NCBI RefSeq assembly: GCF_003704095.1 | Contig: NW_020846005.1 | Coordinates: 558,001 to 622,000 of the forward strand | From: Pocillopora damicornis | Taxonomy: Eukaryota | DNA: 64,000 nt | Direction of reading: 5' to 3' | Shown: positions 1 to 12,800 of the stretch, in pieces | Numbering within the stretch: position 1 is the first letter of the stretch | How the letters are laid out: every line of letters starts with the position of its first letter | The notes under the pieces: model-generated | Databases searched by the model: none | Told to the model about the DNA's origin: nothing | Seen by the model: only the letters and a program-made list of their open reading frames with translations | Made by a program: the position numbers and the translations under genes

Positions 1-309
1 CAGAAGACGTAAACTCTGATGAAAGGAAAGGAGAGACATAAACCATTATCCTTTAATTTTTCTTTGCTTCTCTGATGGGGTATGGGGGCAGGCCTTGAGT
101 GGTCACTATGATGCATCATCTTAATTGGTTCTTGGCCCTTTTTTCAGCCTTCCGTTGTGCTAAGGAGGTATATTTAGAACTTAACAGTTAAGCCAATGTG
201 ACAGTGGAGGACCACACTCTGAATTTTAAGTAGATGTAAGTTGGAATCAATCATCGGAGAAATCTCATGGAAATTCTAAGGCAGTTGTTTTTACCATATT
301 CATTTATAG

Positions 310-3300
310 GACTCACCCATTTGGTAGCTGAAACAATTTGTGTGGGAACTCATCGTCAGTTGTCACCATCACATCCTGTTTTCAGGCTGCTTGCTCCTCA
401 TTTTCTGTATCTCCTGGCCATCAATTCGTGAGTACCTAACATTTATTGTGGAATGTAGCCAATAAAATTCTCCCTCTCTCCTTAGTAGAAAGGGAGAAAG
501 GGGGGAGCTCTTGAAGTCACCAGAACTTTGTTAATGTGCACACAGGTTTTTGATTCAGTGGATGTTTGTCAATACTTTCTTCAATTAATCGATCAATTCT
601 TATTTAGAGACAGCACCACACAGTAGTTTGTACAATTACTATTGAGCCTGTGGCCCCCTTCTTTCTCACAACTTTTGGGGGCCACTAACTAAGTGGTTGT
701 CGAAACCTTGCTTTAACTGTCACAGGATGTCTTCTGCCAGCTTTTCTATGCAACCCTCAAAAGTCCAAAAGTTAAAAATTTTTAACTGGTCTAGAGATCT
801 TGTAAACCAGATTGTCAACCTTGGATGGGGTTACAAGTTAATGAAATAAATATATAAGTCCCATACACAGAGCAGTAGAAGAAAGTAGCAGCCTTGGAGG
901 ATGAAGACATGATTTGGAAGGCTGATTTCTTCTCTTGTTCCTTGGAATGCCAGAGGAGAAGGTTCTATGGGGGATGATGATGAGAAGTAATGTAATTGGC
1001 TGAATATGTGTTTGCTGTTTATGATTAGCCTTGCTCTGGCCAAACTTGTTGCACCAAATGGATGGATTGACAACACCATGACAACTGGATCAGGTGGATT
1101 GATGGAACTTGTCAGTCAGTGGTAAATAAATATGCTCTTAATTTAGTGTTCAAGCCCTTTGCATATCATTTCATACACTGAGGCTTCTATGCAACCTTTG
1201 TAATCTTGACATGACTAAACCTTTTTTTTTATTGTGAAATTTTACCAGTTGGCAAAACTGGAGAATGGATATTGATGGATGGCTTCCTTCTGATCTTGAA
1301 GCTCGAGGGGTATGTACATGTACTTTTGTCACATTTGCATTTATGTACTTGTTATGATATCAAACTTAACTAAATTAATCTGTAATTATTTATGTGACTC
1401 CCCTAATGAAATGTGAAGAGTTTTATGCACAGTTGAGTGAGTGATGGTCAAAATGTCCTAATCTGTTTTTAAGGTGGATGACAAGGAAGCTTTTCCCAAC
1501 TACCCCTACAGAGATGATGCATTGCTCATTCATGAAGCCATTTATACCTACGTACGAGAAGTCTTGGAAGCTTTTTATGGTGAGCAAATACTATTTTGTG
1601 GATATAATTTTTCCTTTTGCTACATTGTCAAGTCCTGTGTTGGAGCAATTTTAGATTAGGTATCAATGTGATATGGGGGATTGCTTTGGTTTTACCTAAC
1701 TGTGTTCTGTGATTGGTCCACAAAACTATGCAATCCTCTCAACCAATCAGATCCACAGCTACAAACAATCACAACTTGGACATTCGCCATTTTCCATTCT
1801 TGAAGCAGTGTGCTTGTTTTCACTTTGAATTCTCATAGGCTAATCACAATGTGAACCTTTATTCTGACCAGCCACTGTAACAACTTTGGTTTTGGTTTTT
1901 CCATAATCACTTGATTTCTAGTCAAAATGGTTACAGTTTACACTCATTTATAAATATTTCAGACTCACCAGAAAAACTGACAGACGATTATGAAATCCAG
2001 AACTGGGGACACATGTTGGCTGACCCAGAAGATGGCTTGGGAATCAAGGTACCACTAATTCTCCGTAGATTCCAGAACTTTTCCCAGGTTATAACTGAAT
2101 TGCAATTGAGCCACAGCAAGAGCACTGTAGAACTCTTTTTTTGGTTTTTAAAGGGTGATACGCTTTTGTGTGTTTTACAGGGTGTTTTTGGAGGTGGAAA
2201 ATTTACAGATTTGGAAGACTTGATCAAGGCAGTGACCACAATTATCTTCATCAGTAGCGTGGGGCATTCTGCGGCCAATTTCGCTCAGTATGATGAATAT
2301 GCTTTTCCACCAAACTATCCTGCATTCTTACGTGGGAAACCTCCAACAAGCAAGGTAATTTTGCGGCTTCAGTCTGTTTCTATCCTTGGGATGGTCGCTT
2401 AGATGATTATTGATGTTATAGATATGTTGCTCTCCCTATTTTCAAAATTTTTGTTTTTAATTTTGTCACTCTTGTTGTAATTTTTAAATCATAAGATTCT
2501 TTAAATGGCATAGATAAATGGACTGTTAAGAACACGGAAAAAGAAAGAGATCCGAGAAAGTTACACCTGAAGCAAAGAAAAGATGCATAGAGAATCAATC
2601 CCAATTTTTAATTTAGGATAGCACAAGGATTGCAAATTTGGATCAAGTTTTAACTGAGTGTCTATAGTACTCCGGGATTACCTTGGTTTTGCTTAACTTC
2701 GCTCTGTGATTGGTCAAATCAGATCCTAAAGCAAACCAATCACGACTTAGTCACGCGTGTTTTCCCGCGCTTTAGGCAATTTGTTTGTTTTTACTTTGAT
2801 TTCTCATTGGTTTTTTAAGATATTTTCCTTCCTTCTGACTGGCTGTAAGGATCACTTTGGTTTTGATTTTACGACACTTAATCGAAAAGCGCTCTTTATA
2901 AGAGGCGGGCAGGCGTAACAGGTAGCTAAATACATTTTTTAAAAAAAGCGACAAGTGGAACTGTACTAACGGGTTGTATACATGTTTTAGGAACCTCTGA
3001 CAGAAAAGGATATCATTGACTCCCTTCCAGTGAAAGACATGACGCTGGACATTATTATTGTGACAAAAATACTCAGTGATCGCGGCACGAACGCTCTTGG
3101 TGACTTTGAAGTGCAATACATGTACGACCCAAGAGGAACCAAGCCTGTGGAAAAGTGAGACATTTACTGCCGTAATACCAAAAATAAAATGAATATATAA
3201 AATAACTTAGCTGATCTTGATCTCAACTTTTCACGACTTGATATTCAGATATCTCAGTGTCGTACTGTAAAAGTATTTGGACTCAACGCGAAATCGGTCG

Positions 3301-3670
3301 CTAAATGCGACAAATCTCTTCATGTGTACTGCTCTTAAAAAAGGGTAATTTAGTATTATCAACTGAGTTGATAACGTAATTTGCCCACCGAAAAGAGTCT
3401 CAAAGGCGTTTTGTCACTCAACGAGTTCAGCCTTTAAGTTTACTGTATGCATTGTAACCTAGCCTGTGTAATTTACACCCTCGATTTGATGTCAAACTAC
3501 CATAGTTAAGAAAGATTCACTGTAATTAAATTTCGACAATCTATTAACCTTTCAGGTTGAGGAAGCGTTTGTTGGAAGTGAGTGACATTATCGCGGAGAG
3601 AAATAAGAGCCGACCATTCCCTTATCCATACCTGGATCCTAAGGAGGTTCCTAATGCCATCAGTATTTAG
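310..3670 (+). CDS. Lipoxygenase, 3' part (arachidonate LOX or LOX domain of an AOS-LOX fusion); 5' exons lie upstream of the window
   Basis: Eight frame-compatible GT-AG exons: 310-427, 1029-1121, 1249-1309, 1474-1579, 1963-2048, 2181-2354, 2991-3154, 3556-3670. The spliced product contains GLTHLVAETICVGTHRQLSPSHPVFRLLAPHF, PNYPYRDDALL, EIQNW, GHSAANFAQYD (His/Asn iron ligands) and ends YPYLDPKEVPNAISI-stop (C-terminal Ile iron ligand). Confidence 0.95.
1655..1915 (+). repeat. Dispersed MITE-like repeat, copy 1 (LOX intron)
   Basis: Similar to 2645-2897: shared ggattgctttggtttt...ctgtgattggtc...aaccaatca...caatcac(a/g)actt(g/a)g...actttggttttg blocks. Boundaries are approximate. Confidence 0.65.
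2645..2897 (+). repeat. Dispersed MITE-like repeat, copy 2 (LOX intron)
   Basis: Same family as 1655-1915. It ends ...ttttacgacacttaatcgaaaagcgctct with an imperfect inverted match to its start. A reverse-oriented fragment lies near 15140-15240. Confidence 0.65.
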
Positions 3671-4584
3671 AAACTTGGTATCCGCAGAATCCCCTGAAAA
3701 CTACAAACCACTACAGTGAGAAAATAATTCATTACCTGCCGCCTTTCAATCCGAGATGCCAGACTACTGAAGGATGGATAAACAGCAAGCAAAAACTGAG
3801 ATTACTTTGCAAAGGGTAGTCCTCGCGTTTACTTTCCGTATTTGTTAGTGCTTATTGTCTAAAATAAGGAGCGTGTACTTTCAAACTATTGTGAAGGTTT
3901 CGTTTCATACTCAAAACTCGTAAATGGTCAATCTTTCTGTGAAGCTCTTACACTGAATTTGTAATGTTCGCTAAACCATGAGTTTACCCAGTCGTGTGTT
4001 CAACATCAATCTCATCGAGGTTGCACCACTTGAACAAGTTCTCAAATCAAGAAGATTTAATCGGTGCCAGTGGTACACCACTCGAGACTTCAGACTTAAA
4101 GTATTTTTGATGGTATATGAAATAACAAATATTCCACCCTTAATATATTTGACTGATTAGCACAACCCAATTTTTGTATTCTTAAGTGCTTTAGTGGTTT
4201 AAGATTCCATGTCAAGTGCTGATTTGTAAATTACGTAAACAGAGATAGCGTGTACTCTTATCTGGTAATTAAGTTTTGTTTAAAAATATTTATATTTTGC
4301 ACTTAGGGAGAGAGAGAGTCTCTTTGTAAAGTGAAAATTTAGATTTAGCTGAAGACGTACGCTTGTTATCTCACTTATTATTTCACTCAGTGAAGCGTTT
4401 GTAACCGAGTATTTCATGTCTAACGACTATTGTGAAACAAGTGGTTACCTCAAACGCTTTGCAAGTGAAGAGACATACATTTAAACACGAAAATTATCAC
4501 ACAAGGCGATGTTAGATAAATACTGGAAGAAAAAACAAAGTAGTTTTGTAATTGAGAAGTTTTATCGTTGATACTGTGTGGGAC

Positions 4585-4880
4585 GTGCGAGACGCGACGG
4601 CCAAATGTTCACTGCGATGGACTTGAGGTCGAGAGGTCTGGGAATGATACCTGGTTGGGTAAATGTGTTGTATTCTTGGGAAATAGACCTCGCTCCCACA
4701 GTGCCTTTCTCCATCCAAGGGTATGAATGAGTAACGACGAATTACCAGGAAAGCTTGGTGAAATGTTAGTCGAACCTTGCGAGGGCCTGGCATTCCATCC
4801 TAGGGGGAGGGGCGATACTCCTAGCGACTTCATGCTAAGGAAACTTGAATTAGCTCCGACTGGGTGGGTCAGCAACTTTC
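4585..4880 (+). mobile_element. Degenerate tRNA-headed SINE
   Basis: A decayed A/B-box-like head is followed by tgtgttgtattcttggg...cacagtgcctttctccatccaagggtatgaatgagta, which matches from memory the central domain of a common cnidarian SINE. More decayed reverse-oriented copies lie near 46170-46400 and 53830-54010. Confidence 0.6.
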
Positions 4881-5739
4881 TTCACCAGGCTGATCTTTTC
4901 GCTCGGTTGAATATCATTAACTATGTACCAACTCGCCCAGCTTCATCTTCTATAGCATTCGATACTCTCATCACTATAGGACCTATGCACTTTTCCAGTG
5001 ATAGCCACGGTTTTATGTCTCCATGGCTTGTTCAATTATCATCGCAGCCCTGTCTCATGCTGCTGTGTTGAGGAATGGTCTGGTTTTAGCGGCAATCTGG
5101 AGGAATCCATCTCAGTGCAGGTCATCATCAACTGGCTCTTTGGTGATCACTGGGTTTAAAGCACGGGCAGTGCTGTTTACTTTGTATCAGAAATGAACTA
5201 TTAAACGAATCGCAATATATTCATAATCGAATTTTGGGCTTGGAGCAATGCGGTGGTCATATTTCAGTCCTCTAACATTAGCACTTGCACTTCACACTGT
5301 CTGTAAGTGAAGAGGAATACGGAAGAGTATACAAATTCATTGGTTTTTTATGTTTGCCGATTTTCTTTGATGCTACTATCACAGCTTACTTTTAAGTTTT
5401 CCAAATAACTTAGCCGGCAAAAGTAACAAATGAAATTTGCAGTACCTCAGCCAGCCACCAACGTTAAGAATTACAAGAAATCCTAGTTATTTTTCACACA
5501 GGGTTCTTCCCTGTAAGTATAACGCTTGGAATGTCGACTTAATTCAAACCAAAACTCCTTAAAGAAACTTTCTAAGTCGCTATAAACTGAAAAGCAGATG
5601 AATATCATGTTATAAACTGCTTTATTTTTTTACTGATGGCATCAAAGTAATTAATGGAGAGCGTATCTAGACAGTCGGGATAAAATGATAAAAAATTATT
5701 TAATTGATGAAAAGTCATTAAACGATCACGATAGCATGG

Positions 5740-6140
5740 TGACCGCTTAATACAGGTTGACTGCTTAGTGTACGTTCTATAGATAGGGGTATCATAAAAA
5801 AACGATAAAAAACTGTACTCTATGCCATAATCGAACACTTAATGTGTAGAATCTCGCTCGAAAATATTACTTTATTTGATTTTGGGAGAGAAACATGGAC
5901 TAAATATTACTTAGTAGATTATTCTTAGTTTTATTTGAGTGGTTCCGCTTTCAGTGACCGTTCAATAATGACGGAGAACAATAAAAACAGACCGTTGGGA
6001 CTAAGTAAAAGGTGACCGCGACCGCTTGATAGAAGTGAAAATGACAGTGGTTAAAGGCAGACAATTTCTGGACTTTGACAACTGACCGCTAAATACAGAG
6101 TGACCGCTTACTACGGTGCCGCTTGATACAAGTTCGACTG
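5740..6140 (-). mobile_element. Tc1/mariner-pogo-type MITE ends
   Basis: Two ends read CAGTC(G)AAC(C/T)TGTAT(T/C)AAGCGG on the minus strand (near 5763 and 6140), with reiterated subterminal (T)GACCGCT motifs. Confidence 0.5.
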
Positions 6141-6149
6141 AGTTGAGGA

Positions 6150-6340
6150 GTTGTTGGTCTATCGAGTCGTTAAGTCTTGTTTGTGAAATCTGACTGGTCA
6201 GTTTTACCGTGATGTCATCAGGTGCAAAATTCAAGTCACTTGACGTTACAGTGATGTAAGTCGGTTTTTGATCCGTCGGTAGCGTTAATTAAGTCTTTGT
6301 ATTCGGTTCGTTTGATCTTCTTATGTTGTCTCCGATTCCT
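6150..6340 (-). repeat. Degenerate fragment related to the 3' region of the Penelope-like element at 61.8 kb
   Basis: tcgagtcgttaagtcttgtttgtgaaatctgactggtcagttttaccgtgatgtcat...tcaagt aligns by eye with 61866-61940. Confidence 0.45.
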
Positions 6341-9300
6341 TAGTATGGTTGTGATGGTTGTTGACGAGATGCTGGTAGTTTATGAATCAGGTTGTCTCAA
6401 TTGTAGTTATGTTTTGTATTTTCTTAAGATTGTTGCGATGTGAGGAAAACTTATCGAATAGAAGTTACGTTTATCCGTTTTAGACTGAGCCAACTTTGCT
6501 ACCGTCGACCCTTCACTTACAGCCACCTCTGTACACAACCACCATTTCCTAACTATGACCAGTATTTTTACTTCCGGTGGACGGTCCATTCATTCACATT
6601 TTTCTTAGCCTCTTCACAACAAACTTCTTTCCACAGCAGCAACCCAGAAAGCAGTCAAATTTAATGAGCAGGAAAAAAATCTCCAAGCTGCAAATTAGCT
6701 TTACTTTGCTTAAGAATTGCACTCTACTTTTTTCTACTTAGGAAAATCAGTTGCCAAGCAAAAGTTTTTTCTCAATGTAATTTTTAAAAATTAAAGGAAT
6801 GTCTTCGTCTTAGTGTCCGTGTAATGGATACTGTTAACACCACTATACTATAGATCGGCGCCGTGGTAGCTTACGAGGTAATCTTTCTTGTTTCCTTTAA
6901 GCGCGTAGCTACATTTTACCTCACGCTTCTACAACTTCGACTAGCCGGTTGATTTACGACTTTATGAGACGAAAAGAAGACTTTCCTACGGTGAGCTTTA
7001 AGTTATGTTGAAATTAAAAACTCAATTCGCCTCCTTAACGAATTGCGAAACAAAACCCGTAAACTGATCTAAAAACATCTCCAAACATTTTCACAGTATA
7101 AGACAGTATGGGACACTGTTACAAAAGGCGGAAGATCCGGAAAACGATACCCTACTGTACTTTGTTCGGGCCTTTTTTAGTTCAAACTTCTCGGTCTGGA
7201 AGGGAAACCAAAGTTCTAAGAGAACTTTCTTTTTTTATCGATGTTTTAATTTCGTTTTATTCAGCAGCAATCTGTTCGTATTCTATCTCTACTGTATCCG
7301 GTGGAGTCTTGATTTTTTTTTTAATCCTTGGTTTTTCGAAACTTTCTTTACATTCATGGTTGCAACCAAAACTTATCTCTTATCTTTACTTTGAGTCAAA
7401 CTTAACTGCGTGATTCCGCACAACCCACAAGTTTTCGAACTTTCTCGAACACATCTCTCTTCTTCAGAAGGTTCCAAGATGCTATATTTACATTTTGCTG
7501 GAGTGTTTGTTGTCTAAACGCACTCACTCACATTTGATTACACTGAAAAGTAAAGAAAAAGTAAGAAAGCTAACAGGAGGATAGGCCGAGGAATCGCCAG
7601 TTTTAATGTACTAATCAGGTAAAGATGATAATTGTAGAATGACTAGATATTTCGTTGACACCATTTTCTTTATTTGTCTCATTGCTGCCGTCCTTTGTCT
7701 TCGGACAGTTAGTTGAAAAAGCGCAGTATGTTTATGTTAGCTGGTTGGTCATTAATGATGACCACCACCAAAGAAGAATTCACTTTTAGAGTTACTTTTG
7801 ATGTCACCGGCTGTCTAAAATACGAAGGTCTTAGCGATTTATCTGATATCCGAACGTTTTCTTTCGCTTCATTTGATCAGAATGCTAAAAGATATTTTCG
7901 AAAATTGAAGAATTGACATTATCAATGTAGTTATTATCTACCTGTGATAATTCTATGGTTTGTTTGTGTAACAAGGCATTCTTTCCTTAATTACTAAAAC
8001 AGCTGCCTCATGGTTCTTTGTATGAATTAGACAAAACAAACTTCACTTCACTTGTTCGTCGGCCCCTGGTTACTGTTCAGTGTGGCAGGTTCGGTTTATC
8101 TGGTGGCTTCATCAAACTCCATGTAGCAACCTTGTGAAAGGTGTAATACATATCTCATCTTCGTATACAATGTCACTGTTGAATGCAGTACACTCAAATT
8201 GAGGAGCTTAAAGATAGCATCTAGCTTGAATTCCATACATGTAGATCAAACAAAGCCTGTGTATTTTAGATACTAAAGCGTTTTCCAAATGCACTCGATT
8301 GCCGCAAAACGCAATTCAAGAGCAGGCAATGAATACTTTATTACATCCCATTGTGTTATAAGATGTTATGTACGCATGCCCTTGAGTGTGTTAATTTCTC
8401 TGAAGAGTTTGTAACGAGACCATGAATTGCTCGTGAAATGCAGTGTAATTCTACTCCTGACCACTGAACACCGGCAATCGGAAAAGTTCCCGCATATCAG
8501 CGGCGGTCAGGACCATTCTGTCATCACGGCCTATTGAACACAGTCCGGTACCTCAGTTTGTCAGGCTTATCAATATACATTCACTGGAGAGTTCTCTTTT
8601 TAATATTCACAAAACCACTACACTGTGTCTCTCCTCTTCATGTAGACTTTTGCAGGGGGCATTTGTTCTTGACCTAGTAATCGATACAGATATATCTATC
8701 AGCTATTTGAAGGCTCACAAAATTCTTCGGCAAACTTCAAGCACTGACTCCCGCTGTTGACAAAGAGTCTATTTCCGGAAACGAAGCGCGCACCTCGGAG
8801 TTAAAATTTAAAAACCAACTCAGAGCAAAGAAAGTATTTTAATAAAAAGACTTTTTCAAGAGAGGAATAATTTGTCTTCAAGGAATTATACGCACTTTAA
8901 AATGGAAGCACTGTGCGGGAGCTTTTTATGAAAGTTGTAAAGTGTTTGTTAAAGCAAGTTCCGTTTTCTCTTTGAGTCATTTTCATCACCCAAGGCCGGC
9001 TCGTTTTAAGTCCTGTGTTTCTCACCTTGTCGGGCCGAAGCTGTTTGTAAATATCACATTTATTGCCAATTACTGCAGATAAGGCAAACTATTAATTAAA
9101 TTTGAAGTATCCATTGACACATGGTGCTGTAATCTTATTGGCAGGGTTCAACAGCTGAGTGAACGTAATTAGACAACTTGACGGCCCGCCACAGAAAGCT
9201 GATAGGGCGTGTTTATTTTAGCCCATACCTGCATAACTGTCTGTGGACGATAGCGTTACGTTAGTTTACCAAGTTGGCTGACGGTGAGCTAAGTTCTAAC

Positions 9301-9401
9301 TTGAACTCGGGTCGCTTTCACAGACATAGTTGCCCTTTGGTTAAGCTTGTCCAGCTTAAGTTAATCGAACAGTTAACAGCTTCTTGTTGTAATCTCCGAC
9401 T

Positions 9402-9821
9402 ATGGGGCTCCCGCATTATGAGAAGTCTCTCGCCATGACTCAATCAAGTAGAAAGTACAGAACATCAAGTAATTCGAAATCGAAACGCAAGGATCTTCAT
9501 CCCGCACATATGCATGACCATAGTCATGGTAAAGGCGATCAGAGAACCGTAGCTAACGTTCGTGAACGACAAAGAACGCAAGCATTGAACGAAGCCTTCA
9601 ACAAGTTGCGAAAAATCATCCCAACTTTGCCTTCAGATAAGCTGTCAAAGATACAAACATTGCGCTTGGCTGCGCGCTACATCGACTTCTTGTGCCAGGT
9701 TCTAGGCAACAACGAAAAGCATCCGAACTCAACAGCAAGCAGCTGCTTTATTGCTCATGAACGGCTTAGTTATGCTTTCAGTGTCTGGAGAATGGAAGGA
9801 GCTTGGTTTCAACATCAGTAA
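9402..9821 (+). CDS. twist: Twist bHLH transcription factor (139 aa, single coding exon)
   Basis: b[54 protein letters not shown], plus the diagnostic Twist-box/WR motif [16 protein letters not shown]. Confidence 0.97.
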   Translation: MGLPHYEKSLAMTQSSRKYRTSSNSKSKRKDLHPAHMHDHSHGKGDQRTVANVRERQRTQALNEAFNKLRKIIPTLPSDKLSKIQTLRLAARYIDFLCQVLGNNEKHPNSTASSCFIAHERLSYAFSVWRMEGAWFQHQ

Positions 9822-12800
9822 CAGGAGAGACAGTATTCTTTTTTCACGGCCAAAGATGTTTTGATATGAACGCTGTCTTCTATGAACTCAACACCACTGA
9901 TTGCACATTGTTCTCAAGCGATCGAGAAGAAAATTATGCGGCAAAATATTAAGCGTGTCCTATGCCTTACATGAAAAACATTGCTTGCTTATGTGGAGAG
10001 GATATGAACCTTAAGGATGATGTTCAAAACAGAGATGTTTATTAAAAGAAATATCTGCTAAAGAACTTTGAGTGGTCTGTGCAACAATGTCAGACAAACG
10101 TCGGAAGAAAGAGACAGTCTGCACAAACATTTTCATGTTCAACGCATTTGTGGTTGGCTCTTTATAACTAAGTTACAATTAATCGTTGTACATTTTTCTT
10201 GTACAATTGTTCGAGACCTCAGCTACAACTTTTAAATGTTCGCCTTATTGTGTATCTAATGTTAAATGAGTGTTTAAGTACCAGACTTTGTATGACATTA
10301 GTAATTGTTCAAAGTAAGCCTTTGCGTTAAGCTTCCGTTCAGGTAATGTGTTAGATGTCGTAGACTTTTGTTGATAGCTCGTGAGCGCAATGTTGTACAT
10401 ACGTATGGTAAACAGTACGCTGAGGTGAGTTTATTAGCGAAGTAAGACGGCATTTCATATCCAACAGAGCAGAGAGAAATATTTTGTGAATTAGTCATCG
10501 GAAGTCAGTGATAGAAATAAATCCACAAAGACATGAAATTTTACATGTGCTTTTTTATCGAATTTCTCACGGCTTTTTTAAGTAAGGGAAGATTTTATGA
10601 TGTTTTATAATATGTTCTCTAAGAAAGAAGTTCTTCTGTCGGGCTGAGGCTGAGGCGTGAGCGGTAAGGCAGTTGTTTACTTCATCCAGTAAGGCAGAGC
10701 TGTGATACTTCCCGATCTTTAGATCGATAAACAATTTATCCTGATGCACCTTTCTCCTTTCAAGATAATTTTAAAAAATGTCAATTCTTAATTCTTAATT
10801 CCCTGGAAATCATTTAGATTCGCTCCATTTTCTGCCGCAGCAAAGGTTTTCCTAAGTTCAAAGCTACGATTGAGGCTAAAACGTGGTAGGATTCTCCGTC
10901 AGCTTGGCGTTAATTTTTTTTGCTGAATTTTTTTTCTGCTGTCAATTCTCTCCTTGTTTCGTGATCGGCAAACACATTTATTTTTGTCTTGTGGAATCAT
11001 AACCCGGCTGTAAGCTTCCATGGAAAAAAAAAAAAAAAGCTCGTCCATTCAAATTTCACACTAAATCAGCTGAGTGAATTAGTTCGTGTCCTTTAAACTC
11101 TTGGCTCGTCCGGTGTGGGAAGACTGTTTTGTTGCAGGTTTTGTGCAGTACTCCTGAAGAAAATTCACAAACAATCTTCAGACTTTTATCGGCTCATTGA
11201 AGTTTCCATTCCTGAGGGAACACTCTGTCATCTCGAGAGAAATTTACCGCCTCGGCGAGCACTTTTCATCCCACATGGTTTTGTGGACATCCTGTTGAAC
11301 CCACGTTAAAGAAAAACAAACTAAATTTATTGGGGCGGTCCGTGAATATGCTCAGATCTGTTATAAACTCATCAAACTTAGTCCGTAGCACATGGTTGCA
11401 CCATGCGGGTGCAGCAATAACTTCGTAATTATTTCCTAATCAGCCGTGATCCCGTTGGTTTACGCCGGGTGCGCTGCCAATTGATCATGTACATTGTAAT
11501 GGCGAGCAAATTTTTAAGTCGTAAGTGATTTGATAATCTGACACCTACAACAGAGAGGAAAAAAAGATGAGGAGGGAGAAGAATAGATGTTTCTCAGTGA
11601 CAACTTTTTTATTGAGAGAGTTAGATGCCTATGTTTGTTTTTTAGACTGATTATGGTTGCTGAGAAAAAGGCTTTGTTTCCCAGTCTCGTTTAATTTCTT
11701 ACTTGCTGCTAGCACCAGTGAAAAGGTGTCTCAGAAAAGATATATCAAACACTACGTTTTCGCCGCACGTGATTTCTCTCTATCACTGTTGATAAAGATT
11801 GAGTGCCAGCTATGGTTAATTTGGGGAACCAATATAGTTACATCTGATTTCTCCATTCTAATGCGATGTTCATCTTGTTGTGTTGAGGTCACAATTAGCA
11901 CCGCCATCGATGCAGGAACTTTTTCCGACTCCCTTACAGCGTTAAAGATCCTGTACTGTTAGAAAAGGCTCCTCTAACATCTAAGGCAGTTTCTATGCTC
12001 GTGTTTGAACTAGCGTCGATTTAAAAGAAATTTTCTTGGTACCTAACCCAAAGGATGGCAAACTCCGGGAAAGACTTCTCAAGAATAAAATTGTGTTTTT
12101 GTAATCTTTGATAAACTGATAAAGCTCTTTAGTTTTGCACTGATAAATTAAAAGAAACTTATTCAGCGGTAACTGATGATATCAGCCTTGTTTTGAAAAG
12201 AAGATAAGCTTGAAATTTAGCTGTGATTTGTAGCCTGCGAATGAAGTGGGTAAACAAGGAATTCATCTTTATTTTAACATGTTTGTCATATTAATTATCT
12301 AACTGCAAGAAAACGGGGAAGCAATTCATAAACTTGGATCTCAAATAAAAACCATGTGACAAATTGCTTGCTTTAATTTTACGTCGGCATCTGATGAAGC
12401 TGATATTAACAGTTATTGATTTTCAGTGAAATATTGTTCAAAATATTTCACCAAGGCGATTGGTTCGGGCCAATGGATCTTCGTGAAAGAATTTAAATTG
12501 AAGCATTAAAAAACGGAAAAATAAAGTTAAATTAGGTCTACCGACCAAGAAATCGTCTTCAGATTTTTATCTCTGTGGTTGAAATTAAGGACCTACCATT
12601 TATTTCAGAAATATTTTGGGTTGCCGAGGCAGTAGGTCAGTGAAACTCAAAGAAGTATTGAAAAAGGACATTTAATATCCTTGTACACATAGGGAGTCAC
12701 CGCTCTAGGATTTTCCTTTGTGATATTTTTTACGAATGTTTTTAGGGCGCGATTCTTGAACGTGCAGAGACCTGTTATCTCACCTCTGAATGCACAAGTA

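Noticed and set aside
4512-5071. Overlapping 88-114 aa ORFs
   Set aside because: They coincide with the SINE remnant and show no recognisable domain.
8480-8491. GGGAACTTTTCC (minus strand), a Rel/NF-kB-like site ~0.9 kb upstream of twist, tempting because Dorsal regulates fly twist
   Set aside because: It is a single site with non-canonical spacing and is not distinguishable from chance without conservation data.
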